From: Laetmonice hystrix
Taxonomy: Eukaryota
Direction of reading: 5' to 3'
NCBI GenBank assembly: GCA_965235115.1
Contig: OZ249436.1
Coordinates: 45,448,001 to 45,512,000 of the forward strand
DNA length: 64,000 nt
Position 1 is the first letter of the stretch; the number at the start of each line of letters is the position of its first letter. The notes below the pieces were generated by a model. The model was not told the origin of the DNA and did not search any database. It saw only the letters and a program-made list of their open reading frames with translations. A program made the position numbers and the translations under genes. Below, in pieces: positions 53,050 to 64,000 of this stretch.

Positions 53050-53153
53050 TGTGAGGAGGCGTTCAATGGTTTACAGTGAGAGGCACACTGTTAATCTCTC
53101 GAGCTGTGAGGAAGCGTTCAATGGTTTACAGTGAGAGGCACACTGTTAATCTC
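53050..53153. repeat. 55-bp tandem duplication
   Basis: tgtgaggaRgcgttcaatggtttacagtgagaggcacactgttaatctc x2. Confidence 0.9.
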
Positions 53154-53441
53154 CCCAGCTGCATGTAATTTGTTAGCAGTTGACAATGTTATATAACCCC
53201 CACCCCCACCAGAGCTGAGTTGTCTTGGTGAAACCAAAACCTGTTATCTGCGGTCGACCGAAATTAAAATATGAGAGTCAAAATATCAAAATCTCATTTG
53301 CTGATCATCCTTTCGTTGTCTAACCCATTGTAGTCACAGAACAATGGGTCCATCAAAATGTTTGCTGAGATGAGACCCTTATAATACCTTGTGACAAGGA
53401 CATGTTGGCATCAATTGCGATTGTTCATTCTTATTAAATGT

Positions 53442-53960
53442 CACCCGATACGCATGGTCTCCTCTTCTTCAAGAAGAGAGACTGGCGTTAGTCTCCACTC
53501 CTTCAAGAACAGAGACTTTGTCCATTCCGCCCAGTGGTGGGCGTAAGAAATGGAGACTTTCTTCTTCCAATGGACACTAGCTGCTGGTGTCCAATCACCT
53601 TGCCGCCTCGGTTTCGCTTCAGCGAGCAGGTCAGCAGGTGAATATCTCACCTAGGTAGTTAAGCCAATGGGTTCTTCCCCCATGATAACTTTCCACGAAA
53701 TGTTTGGGCAGGGGTTAGGGTTAAGGTCAGGGATAGGGATAGGTATAGGGGTTAGGGTTAAGGTCAGGGATAGGGATAGGGATAGGATAGAATTTAGTTT
53801 CCTTGTCAAAATGTATACACCTGCTCTCATTTTTTAAGAAGAAAGTCTCCATTTCTTACGCCCACCACTGGGCGGAATGGGCAAGGTCTCTGTTCTTGAA
53901 GGAGTGGAGACTAACGCCAGTCTCTCTTCTTGAAGAAGAGGAGACCATGCGTATCGGCTG
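53442..53960. mobile_element. Foldback element with ~125-bp near-perfect TIRs and apparent 7-bp TSD
   Basis: TAAATGT|cacccgatacgcatggtctcc ... ggagaccatgcgtatcggctg|TAAATGT; interior has gggttagggttaaggtcagggatag repeats. Confidence 0.85.
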
Positions 53961-54229
53961 TAAATGTTAACAAAAACAGATCGGATAGGTGGGCCTGTGA
54001 AAGGAATGGAGGTCTGCCGCGGAACGGAAGTCCGCCAAACTTAAGCAAGTCCTGGGTCATCAACAAAACAATATGGGTCAGGCTTTTGAACGATGTACAA
54101 TTGAAAATGCTAAAAACAACCTATCTAGGTTAAAAGACCGTTGTCTCAGCTTCAAAACGTACCCAATTATACCGGCATACTCCCATCAGTTCCGTTTTTA
54201 TTCAACATTGAAGTGAAGTATCTCAAAAC

Positions 54230-56165
54230 GGGGAACGTCCGTGATTGAAACGTGATTGGCTAGGTACTGTGGAGAGATGTATCTGTCACTATGTGCAGCA
54301 TGGATTGTCTACTCCAAACCATATATAAATAACAGACGATGGAACTTTCACAAAAATATGTGTATATTGCAAAAACACTGCAGTCATAGGTTCCATTTGC
54401 TTACATTCCTCTCATTTTCCAAAAGAATATCAGATTATGCTGAAATACCAGTATGTTGCACTTAAATAGGTATAGGAACTTCATCAAGTACTGTATAGAA
54501 CGTATCTAACCCATATGGCCTGCAAAACCTGCTCAAACTGAGCATTGTTTTCATCACGGACGTTCGGGTAACGGTCACGGACGTCTTCTAGAAACTATAG
54601 TAACTTCAACTACCGAGTTCTGCTGCTTAGAAGAAGTCTTTTATTAACCAGAAATAGTGTTCTCATGCCAACAATATTATGTTCCTCTATCAGAACCACT
54701 TAAATAATTACTGTTTCCTGCGATGTCCTGACCATAGTTTTATAGTTGTTAAATGTAGCTGACATGTCACCAGATGCACTGTACAAATTGCTATATTTAT
54801 GGCTATATAAATGGCTATAATTGCTATATTTATGGCTATAATGTATCAAAAGTTACATGGAAAAAAGGGGGGAAATGGCCAATAGGTCCCCAGTCGCCCC
54901 TGCCCCGGTCTCCCCATATTGAACACAGATATTTCAAGGGAAACATTGAATTGCGAACGTCCGTGATGAAAACGGAAACTTTGTATATTTGTTTTTTGGG
55001 GTATGTACTGGGAATGAAGGATAGACACGAGGAGCAGCTACTGCAAAAATCTGGTGAACGTCATCCAACTATAAGTATGGCTTTCGTGCAAATGTTTGTA
55101 TAACGAACGCCCATGATGAAAATGTTTTGGTTTTTTTTTATAACTTGCTGGATTACACGGTATTTCTTATTTTGCCATATGGAAGAGCTACTCATGAACA
55201 AACAATTTTCACTACCAAAGATATGCCAGACACCTTTGGCATATGAGTAATATCAGTTTCCGTTTCATGAGCGAACGTCCATGATGGTTACTCCGACAAC
55301 CTTTCTGAGTGTCATTAATGTTTGAAATATCATGAGCAATCACGTTATATTGTACTAAAATAAGAGAATACACATACAGTAATCCTCTAAAAAGTTTGTT
55401 TACAAAAGCAAGATAACGTTAGTGACATAATATGATGCTAAATCTCAAATACCTAAAAAATTATCATGGAACTCTCATTAGATGACCATCTACAGACCAA
55501 GAACATACCTAACTACTGCTGAAAATGTGTTAATTCTACACTAATACTATTATCCAAACAAACTGTATTCAATACATAGTGCTAAACAACGTATTCAATA
55601 AACAGGAGTGATATTTGAAAGTGTTACTTTCACATCCCGGACGTTCGCGATTACCGTCATGGACGTTCATCCGACGTAAAACACGTGAATCTATTAATGT
55701 ATACATTTTGCCGTCGGTGCTTAGCTTCTTCTTAGTGACTTCTTTCACTTCCAATGTTGACGATTACAATATTATTGGTTGCAGCTTTCTCAAAATTTTC
55801 TGAATATTGCCCAATATATGCCTGCTACTCCACATAGCTGAATATTACCATTAATATATCTTGTAAAGTCACGGGAGAGGTCTAACAAATTTATTTTAAT
55901 GCAAAACTGCCATTTTTCACTGTTTTATGACCTGAGGAAGCCTCCAGCTGGCAGAAGAATCAGTGAAAGTGTACAAAAGTATACATTTCCTGAAAGCCGT
56001 ATCAGTTCTCTTTAAGATGACACCAACAAAATATTTTGTTAAGCAAATGGAAACTTTCTGTAAGGGATTGAAGTGCTAAAAGTCTGAATATGGCAAATGG
56101 ATTATAGCGTTAAGCCTAGGATAGTAGTATGAAGAAATATTTTAAATTAACATCACGGACTTCAA
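54230..56165. mobile_element. Probable AT-rich non-autonomous transposon body marked by a dispersed catcacggacgttc motif
   Basis: About 9 motif copies in both orientations; termini not confidently located. Confidence 0.45.
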
Positions 56166-56379
56166 GCCCTAGGAATGCAGGTCCGTCCGAGTTTTTACTT
56201 CAGGGATAGCAGGTCCATTAGACCTGCATTTCAGGGGGGCTGGGAATTCTATCACAGCTCCCGCCCCATGCTGCAGTGATGTCTTATTGTGGAACTATGA
56301 ACAATACACATGCAGTCTCAATTATACAGAATTATAATATCGTCTTACCCATATCTTCATCTTGTATCTCACCTATACG

Positions 56380-56383
<4 letters not shown>

Positions 56384-56455
<72 letters not shown>

Positions 56456-56679
56456 CCCTCTCTCTTTCTATACGCCCACTTCTCTCTCCGTCTCTCTCTC
56501 GCTCTCTCTCTCCCTCTCTATACGCCTACCTCTCTCTACTTATACACCCACCTGTCTCTCCCTCTCTCTCTCTATACGCCTCTCTCTCTCGCTCTCTATA
56601 CGCCTACCTCTCTCTCTCTCTCCCTCTCTCCCTCTCTCTAGACGCCTACCTCTCTCTCTCTCTCCCTCTCTCTCTCTCT
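56384..56679. repeat. (CT)n microsatellite with interspersed ctatacgcc units
   Basis: Direct reading. Confidence 0.95.
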
Positions 56680-58297
56680 AGCAGCCTTGAGGGTCACATG
56701 GCAGGTATCCATTAAAGATACCACATATCAAGATCCATCCTCGACTTCAGTAAATCCGCGCCACCCTCTGTGGGCTAATAAAGATATTTCTACTGCATCA
56801 ATATCTCAAGGTGCCGGAGGGGCCATGTATCTCGGCAATGTCCCATGTAAACCTATCCGAGCTGACTGTCCACCAATATCCATCCTTTCTAACCAGGTGT
56901 TTGGGATCGCTCAAATAGAAAGGATACACTCTGCTTTCAGAGGATTACTCCGCCATTCGGCCCCCTTTTACAACAATCCCTCAAATCCAGGCACGACCAT
57001 AGATCATACTATCTATAGTTGCGGTTCTGAATTCAAAATATGAAGAATTTAGATTTTGTACGAAACCACAAAGAATTAAATCAAATAATCATATTCAAAT
57101 CAAAATACATCTATAAAACCGAACAAGCAAAGAAATATAACTAGCAAAGTGGATGACAACCGACGTTACGATTCACCAAAGTATGAATTCAACACGGCAG
57201 GAAATTCACATTTCAGAGACTATGATCTTACTAACCTTAGATTTCTGGACCCACTGCATAGTCATAAAATTCTCTTATTTGTATCTTTCTCCCAATAGAC
57301 TATTTTCCAGTATGGCCGCCCTCCTTGACGACGGGCGGATGTTTGGGAAGCATATGGTTGCTATGGATCTTTGACACTATACCTACGGTACGGACAGATA
57401 ATACGATATCACCATTTAACCTTGATATAGGACTCTGCCATCTACACTAACGGACGCTGTATCATCTTGAGAACCGAGGGAACAGGTCAGAGGACTGCTC
57501 TGCACACTGATGCCAAGGGATTTGTTACATTTCTGGATTGTGTTGAGCACAGAAGGGGCGACAATAGGAGAAGGTTGCCGCCGGGCGCAATTACGAACTT
57601 TGAGTAAGTCGCAGTATGGACCGTCAGAAAGGCGACCACGTGCAGAAATGGCTGGGGTGTTTCCTGTGCCCCCCCCCCGCCCCCCCCCCCCCAAAAAAAA
57701 AAGACTTGTCCCTATATCCTGAGGATGATGCACAGTTGTCGACATGAAGGACTTCAAAATACCCGTCCACCATCACCATTTCAACCCACTCGCATAACTC
57801 GCTTATGTTCAGCCGACATAACATATTAATACCAAGCAAAAGGGCCCGATCGGTATGGCTTCTGACCGGTGATCACTTTAAACTACATAACCAGTCCTTA
57901 ATGACACCATGGCTTAAGCCTAATTTATATTTCACAGTCCCTGCCATGGCAATATTTTAATGCGAACTTGTACTATCAGTTTTCATAGTGTGTTATTAAT
58001 CCCTAATCGGTTTACCAATAAGTACACGCTCGATCAGTAATGGGCACACTACATTATACGGGCTTTAACAGTAAATGGATGTTGTTTGCCTATCCCTCTT
58101 CTCACAATGCTGCAAGGCTGGATTTAACCTGGAACGAACGCTACTGATAACATGAGCACTAAACTACACAACTTCTTAATGATTTACGTATCTCTTTGTT
58201 TCTAAAACTATTGCCCGTCCCTTCCCTCCTTCTTGGACACATATCTTATAATATAACTAAATGTGGATATATCTTTCATATTGTATCAATGGGGTAG

Positions 58298-58495
58298 CAG
58301 TGGAGTTCCAGGATTTTACTAAAGAGGGACACTAGGATTTTAATAAGGGGGGCCCAACAGGATTTTGATAAGGGGATCCCACCCTCTTTTTTTCCTCGCT
58401 ACGCTCGGCTTTGGATTTTGACTGTACCAATGCATCGCCATAAAAAAAACCTAAGGGGGTGGGCCCCCTAGCCCCCCCCCCCCCATCCGTCACTG
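58298..58495. mobile_element. MITE with 6-bp TSD
   Basis: GGGTAG|cagtgg ... tcactg|GGGTAG. Confidence 0.6.
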
Positions 58496-58613
58496 GGGTA
58501 GGCTCACTTAGTGCCCACTTTTAAGCCTGGAAAGCGAAAGCCAATCATGCATGCGTACCAACATCCCGCATTCCCACCTGTGAACTGAGCCAGTTCCATA
58601 CTAAGTGCGAAAA

Positions 58614-59084
58614 AGCCCTGAACCCACTATGCGATTTCTGCTTGCAACACCAGTTGCAAGCATGGCGACGCAGCTCGTCGCAAGACTTGCGACGATCCTG
58701 TCGCAAGCCTTGAGACTCAGGGACCCGAACCCACTTTGCGACCAGTTCTAGCTATCAGCGTCCCAGGCTTTGCAACTGAAAGCCTACGTACGGACGTATT
58801 TTGGTCACATGATATCATTGCTCGCCATCTGATTGGTCATTGCCTAGCGACGAGTCTGGCGTTGGTCGCAAGCCTTGCGACAAGAGGAGGAAATATCAAA
58901 CATGTTTGATATTATCGCAAGCCATGCAACTCAATTCTTGCGACCAAGGACTGAGTTGCAAGGCTTGCAAATTGGAACCCACTTTGCGACTGATGCTTGC
59001 AATACCAATTGCAAGCCTTGCGATTGGTGTTGCAAGGCTTGCAACTGGTGTCGCAAGCAGAAATCGCATAGTGGGTTCAGGGCT
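58614..59084. mobile_element. PIF/Harbinger-like MITE with ~45-bp TIR
   Basis: agccctgaacccactatgcgatttctgcttgc ... gcaagcagaaatcgcatagtgggttcagggct|TAA; internal ttgcga/tcgcaa repeats. Confidence 0.85.
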
Positions 59085-59349
59085 TAAAGGCCGTATTCGT
59101 TGGGAGCGTAGCGGAGAGCGAGCGAGGGGTGTCTCTATGAAGAAACCGTAGTGTTGCCAGTACACGAGGTTGTCATTAATGACGGCCGGGGTTCTATTAG
59201 TTGGGTGGCTGATGGTTCTGGCGGCGTGTCAAGGTCAAACGCTTCCCCTCAGATAGGATGTCGACAAATCGGTACCGTTCTGTTCATTGCTAACATCTCC
59301 ACGGATTGACGGAGTGACATGACAGATCTAGCACTACCCCTAGAGAGTG

Positions 59350-59888
59350 GCGTAGACCTGTTAGATAATCGAGCAATTGGTACTAGATTACACGAAGCCT
59401 CAGTTTTTAGGGTTCCAAAGCCTAAATGTGAAAGGTTTAAACGTCATCCTTTGTATATGGGTGCTGTTGACTGGAATGGTCTTTCTGTAACCATTAGAAA
59501 TATTCAATCACATAGCCAGTTTAAATATTTTCAGAAAAATGGTATGCTCCACACTACACTTTCTTCAGTGCTCTTTGTTAACTTTCTTTGTTAACTTTCT
59601 ACTGTTAACTTACTTTCGTCATGTTGACTGTGGTTCCGATTGCTGTCCTACGACCATATTATGTTATATTGAATACTCTATGGCTTTGTTCCATTAGGGC
59701 ACTCATTTTCATTCGTATATAATAACAGTATCAGATTGTATGATTTATTTGTTATTTGAGCACTTTATGATTACTTAACTTTCTATTTATATTGCTATTG
59801 TTATTTTTGTACCTTTGCTGGTCGACAGTGAAAACCAGCGATTGCGCTGACGTCTGACCAGCTTAAATAAGTGAAATTAAAAAAAATT
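59350..59888 (+). mobile_element. 5'-truncated LINE (CR1/L2-group-like): ORF2 C-terminus, 3' UTR, terminal stem-loop and A-rich tail
   Basis: TRLHEASVFRVPKPKCERFKRHPLYMGAVDWNGLSVTIRNIQSHSQFK matches the typical ORF2 end pattern G-x3-WN-x-L-x3-IR...FK; gctggtc...gaccagc hairpin, then aaataagtgaaattaaaaaaaa. Confidence 0.75.
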
Positions 59889-61216
59889 GGTCCGGCTATT
59901 GCATCCACTAACAGCGGTCATGGAACGAGATCTTGGTTGTCTGTTTGCGTCTTTGTTTTGGAGCCGCTATAGTCTAGTATAGAGGCGCATCCAGGTTGGT
60001 GCCAAAGGGGGGATGTTTGGTTTGAACCTTTCAAGCAGAAAAAAATCCAGGGGGGTTGCAACCCCCGCCGCTGGAGAAGGTTCAGTAAATTAAATATATT
60101 CCGGTTATCCTTTAAATCATTCCGGGTTCTCTTTAAATCTATGTGCATCTGATAGAGAACTGAGCCAATTTAAAAACAGACCGAAACTGGAAGCGGCCAA
60201 CTAATCTAAAAGTAATGTTATACCACATTCACATTATCTTCTAGGCTATCCAGGTATTGGTCGTCACTGGACGTATCAACATTATAATACATCTCGAGTG
60301 ACAGATTTTACATTCTCCACTTCTAGTTTCATTGAAAACACTTGTACATATATACAGAACTGCAAATGACACTTTGCTTCTACACACATTTACGATTTGT
60401 TTTTAGCGCTTGTAAGAAGAAACTCCAAATTGAAACGCCCCGATAGCGCTAAAATAACAACCCTTGTTTTCCGGGACGTTAATCGTCTGATTTAATGAAG
60501 AAATCTAGCCTCGTTCTGGTCCCTACAGCGATGAGATCGTCGGCGACGGATGCTGACTCGGAGAACCTATAATTACAGGGATCATGGTTTGTTACTGGTG
60601 GCCCGGAGCTTGCCGGTCGTTAGTAAATCAGTTTCGGGACTAGTCTCCAATTCCGGCAAGCAAACAAGCCCCCCCCCCCCCCCCCCCGGCCGAGACTGAG
60701 TGGTGAGGGGGCGAACGTCGCGCGCCTCCAAAGTCTTGCGGTAGCCTTTTCTAAACACGTGACATCTCGCGAGATTCTCCTTTAACGCCACTCGTGGAAA
60801 TTTTCGCGGAATGTCTCGTCGTTTACGAGATATCTATGGATACAAGGCGCGTTCAAACAGCCAGACCCCGCCGCGTTTGGTGTCGCGCAGGCGCAATGCA
60901 TGCCCAGACACTCCCTCATCTAACAACGCGGTAAGATTGCCCAATTGTCGAACTACTTACGCTCTTAGGGGGACTACTTCTCCACGGTCTTTGATGTACA
61001 TTGGCTGATGCCTGAGCACACGATCTTGATCGAATGTGTGTCGAGCCTCATGCCAGTTCATCCATCTTTATACCAGCGACTCAAATATATCAGGGGCCTA
61101 TAATAATGTCTTCCAGGAAGACATTTAAAAGTCGACCCTGGCTTGAAGTTTAGCAAGTTTATAAATATAATTTAGCACAAGCTTTCTCTGGTATAAGGTA
61201 ACATCATATCCTGATA

Positions 61217-63166
61217 CACTCTAAAAACAGATGGGTTGAAAACCCAACCAATCTCATTGGTTGAGCCTATACGTGTGTGAGCGACGTGAAACTATATCCA
61301 CAGACGAGTCGTGTTGGGATTGTCGTGTGATGATCTTAGCGCTGTCTCACCCCCATAACTGTATTGTCACTCTAAACTTTGTCCCAGTGGCTATCGCTAG
61401 AGGCCGGAACAAGTCGAGGGTACAACTCGAGTTATAGACGAGCTTCTCAACCATTTGTTGAAACATAACTGTACTGTACTCTAAACTTTACCCTAGTGGC
61501 TATCGCTAGAGGAAGGAACAAGTCGAGGGTACAACTCGAGTTATAGACGAGCTTCTCAACCATTGGTAGAAACATAACTGTACTGTACTCTAAACTTTGT
61601 CCCAGTGGCTATCGCTAGAGGAAGGAACAAGTCGAGGGTACAACTCGAGTTATAGACGAGCTTCTCAACCATTGGTTGAAACATAACTGTACTGTACTCT
61701 AAACTTTGTCCCAGTGGCTATCGCTAGAGGAAGGAACGAGTCGAGGGTACAACTCGAGTTATAGACGAGCTTCTCAACCATTGGTTGAAACATAACTGTA
61801 CTGTACTCTAAACTTTGTCCCAGTGGCTATCGCTAGAGGAAGGAACAAGTCGAGGGTACAACTCGAGTTATAGCTTCTCAACCATTGGTTGAAACATAAC
61901 TGTACTGTACTCTAAACTTTGTCCCAGTGGCTATCGCTAGAGGAAGGAACAAGTCGAGGGTACAACTCGAGTTATAGACGAGCTTCTCAACCATTGGTTG
62001 AAACATAACTGTACTGTACTCTAAACTTTGTCCCAGTGGCTATCGCTAGAGGAAGGAACAAGTCGAGGGTACAACTCGAGTTATAGCTTCTCAACCATTG
62101 GTTGAAATGAAAATGTTCCAATCACCAACTTGGGATCACTACTTTAAGAATGGAACCCAGAACATGGATAAAGTGTATACATAGCTGGCACCGGGGGAAG
62201 AACAGGCGCTGCCTGATCCGCTGCCAGGGTAAAAATTGTGAAGAAAAAATTGGTTATTTTAACCAAGAATTTGGTTAACTCAGAACCAATAAGTGGGTCA
62301 TTGGGTAACCAATTACATTAGTTGTGATTCACAACCAAATTGATTGGTTACTGGATAACTGGATAAGTATTGTCTTTGGCAATACCCCGACATGTCACAT
62401 ACCTATATGAGAGCCGGCTTTTATGCGACCGTGGGCACAAATTGACAATAATACAGTCTTTGTGATGGTGACTAGGGTGGAATGTCAAACAGGGGCCTAA
62501 TTATGAAGTGTGATTTGTTAACATTGCTCATGACAACACCAACGTTGTATTCGCTCCTTGGTAGAAATAGTCGACATTTTCACACGGAGTAGCCGGCTTA
62601 TGGCTGCTGGGCCCCGTTGCATATTTTTCCCCCCAAGGACCACTAACACCTTTGCGATCCTTAATTATTTGCGACTACTAACACTTTCAATCATTTTAAC
62701 GATCCTTATCGGCCGGTTCTTGAATATGCAACGGGACCCTGACGTTTGAACTTTTCAATAAATGGACCTGTTTGAACTCACCAGTCCATATAGATCGTAC
62801 CAAGATTGGTGCTAAGCTAAGTAGATTATGTTTGATCCTCGCTTAGATTATTCTTATTAATAGCGAAGTATACAACATTAACCAATAATTTGGTTAAATT
62901 GATCAACGTATTTTGGTTAATTTTCTAATTAACCCCAATGTCTTGGTTGAAATAACAAATGAAGATTGCTTTCTATAGAAATTTGTTATTTCAACCAAAA
63001 CAATATATTGCAAGGCAATATATTGCAACCAATATGGATTGGTTAAAACAACTACCAACACTAGATTGGTATTCTAACCTAGATCTCGGTCGGAAACAAT
63101 CTACCATCTAGATTGGTTAAAGTTAACCATTATCCTAGTCATTCTAACCAATCTGTTTTTAGAGTG
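61217..63166. mobile_element. 1.95-kb non-autonomous CACTA/EnSpm-like element
   Basis: TA|cactctaaaaacagatgggtt ... aaccaatctgtttttagagtg|TA; numerous internal aaccaa/ttggtt motifs. Confidence 0.85.
61355..62107. repeat. 109-bp satellite, about 7 copies, inside the CACTA-like element
   Basis: Unit cataactgtactgtactctaaactttgtcccagtggctatcgctagaggaaggaacaagtcgagggtacaactcgagttatagacgagcttctcaaccattggttgaaa. Confidence 0.95.
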
Positions 63167-63170
63167 TATA

Positions 63171-64000
63171 TATCGGGTGGGCTAAAAAAAATTTGAACTC
63201 TCTTTTTTTTACTGTAACTTCTATAATTTTTACCCCAATGTCGTGATATTTGAAACCTGATATCATCTGGTTATTTGGGGTCGGTGGTACAAATTTCAGA
63301 TAAATAGGTAAAAACGTCTAAAAAAAAGGCCATTTTTAAAAATTCGTGTCAAAAATTGCAATGCCGGACCAGGGTCATTAGCTTGAAGCCGCACGTCTTT
63401 TAAGCCGGAAACTGTCCTGAAAAACGCTTCGTCGCTTTGAATGACCCAGTTTTCTTGGTGTGTGTCCCAGTTAAGGCAGGGTTCTTGCCACTGTGTCTGA
63501 ATGACGTGACGTCAAATGTATGAAATGCCCCCTGCCAAAAACTGGTGGCCGGTCCCAACTTAAACGCCATGGATTACACCATTTGGGATTCCCTGTCTGA
63601 AAAAGTCTATAAAGGTCGCAAACAAAAAGTCGCTTAGAACAAACTGAAGGAGAAAATTCGGGAAGGGTGGGAGGGAATTAGGGGGCCTACTCTAGAAGAA
63701 GTCAGGAAGTCATCCGGGATATTCAAAAAGAGATCTAAGGGCTGTGTGTGAACAGTGAACAGGATGGGGGTCACATCGATCACCTTTTCATTTCAACTGA
63801 AGACACCTTCAACTAGGTGACACTTACATGGCTCTCCGGCATTGTATTTTTCGACATGTGATGTTTGATTTGTTTCCACTTAAAGAGTTTTTGGCCTAGC
63901 CTATCTGCCTAAAATTTTCACCAGAAAATGCTATTAACCATATAACCTAAATATCAGTGACAAACTATGAAAATTGTAGAAGCTATAGTTAAGTAAAGAG
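63171..64000 (+). mobile_element. Internally deleted IS630-Tc1-mariner element; right TIR runs off the window
   Basis: ta-tcgggtgggctaaaaaaaa left end; aaaattgtagaagctatagt near 63970 mirrors actgtaacttctataatttt; contains a transposase relic. Confidence 0.8.
63554..63789 (+). pseudogene. Transposase C-terminal relic, maT/DD37D-like
   Basis: PNLNAMDYTIWDSLSEKVYKGRKQKVA*NKLKEKIREGWEGI...EVRKSSGIFKKR/LRAVCEQ/DGGHIDHLF, similar to the SPDLNPMDY..W and RLRAV...GGHIE motifs; one stop and frameshifts. Confidence 0.8.

Noticed and set aside
53711..53790. Interstitial telomere
   Set aside because: Only isolated TTAGGG units within a degenerate duplicated tract inside a mobile element
13010..60340. 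Window-wide enrichment of Capicua octamers T(G/C)AATG(A/G)A
   Set aside because: About nine seen, close to chance expectation for a degenerate 8-mer on both strands
2062..62107. Possible CRISPR arrays among the regular repeats
   Set aside because: All arrays are head-to-tail with no unique spacers, there are no cas genes, and the context is eukaryotic

Overview
Repeat-rich metazoan (probably invertebrate bilaterian) genomic DNA. It has GT-AG introns and no operons, CRISPR array, rRNA or tRNA genes that I can see. Two convergent spliced genes sit at the left end. One is the last three coding exons of a + strand coiled-coil protein (20-159, 675-731, 1560-1697). The other is a two-coding-exon - strand gene (9495-9406 joined to 6165-5614) encoding a ~213-aa protein I do not recognise, with a W-K-L-D-C-x-C-x2-C motif. 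The remaining ~54 kb is essentially non-coding. It holds more than 15 unrelated tandem arrays (12-176 bp units), many non-autonomous DNA transposons with readable TIRs/TSDs (Tc1/mariner-, Kolobok-, Harbinger-, CACTA-like and a probable AcademH derivative), a maT-type transposase relic and LINE 3' fragments. Almost all long ORFs in the supplied track are tandem-repeat artefacts. The most intriguing unexplained signals are four. First, a twice-present hairpin with an identical AATGAAGTGAA loop and pairing-preserving substitutions (35353, 41828). Second, strong over-representation of the palindrome TAGGCCTA. Third, a 2-kb region with a dispersed bidirectional 14-bp motif. Fourth, a 9-bp-TSD element carrying a RecQ-like helicase N-terminal fragment. 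Copy numbers and motif counts are by-eye estimates; no database search was possible.
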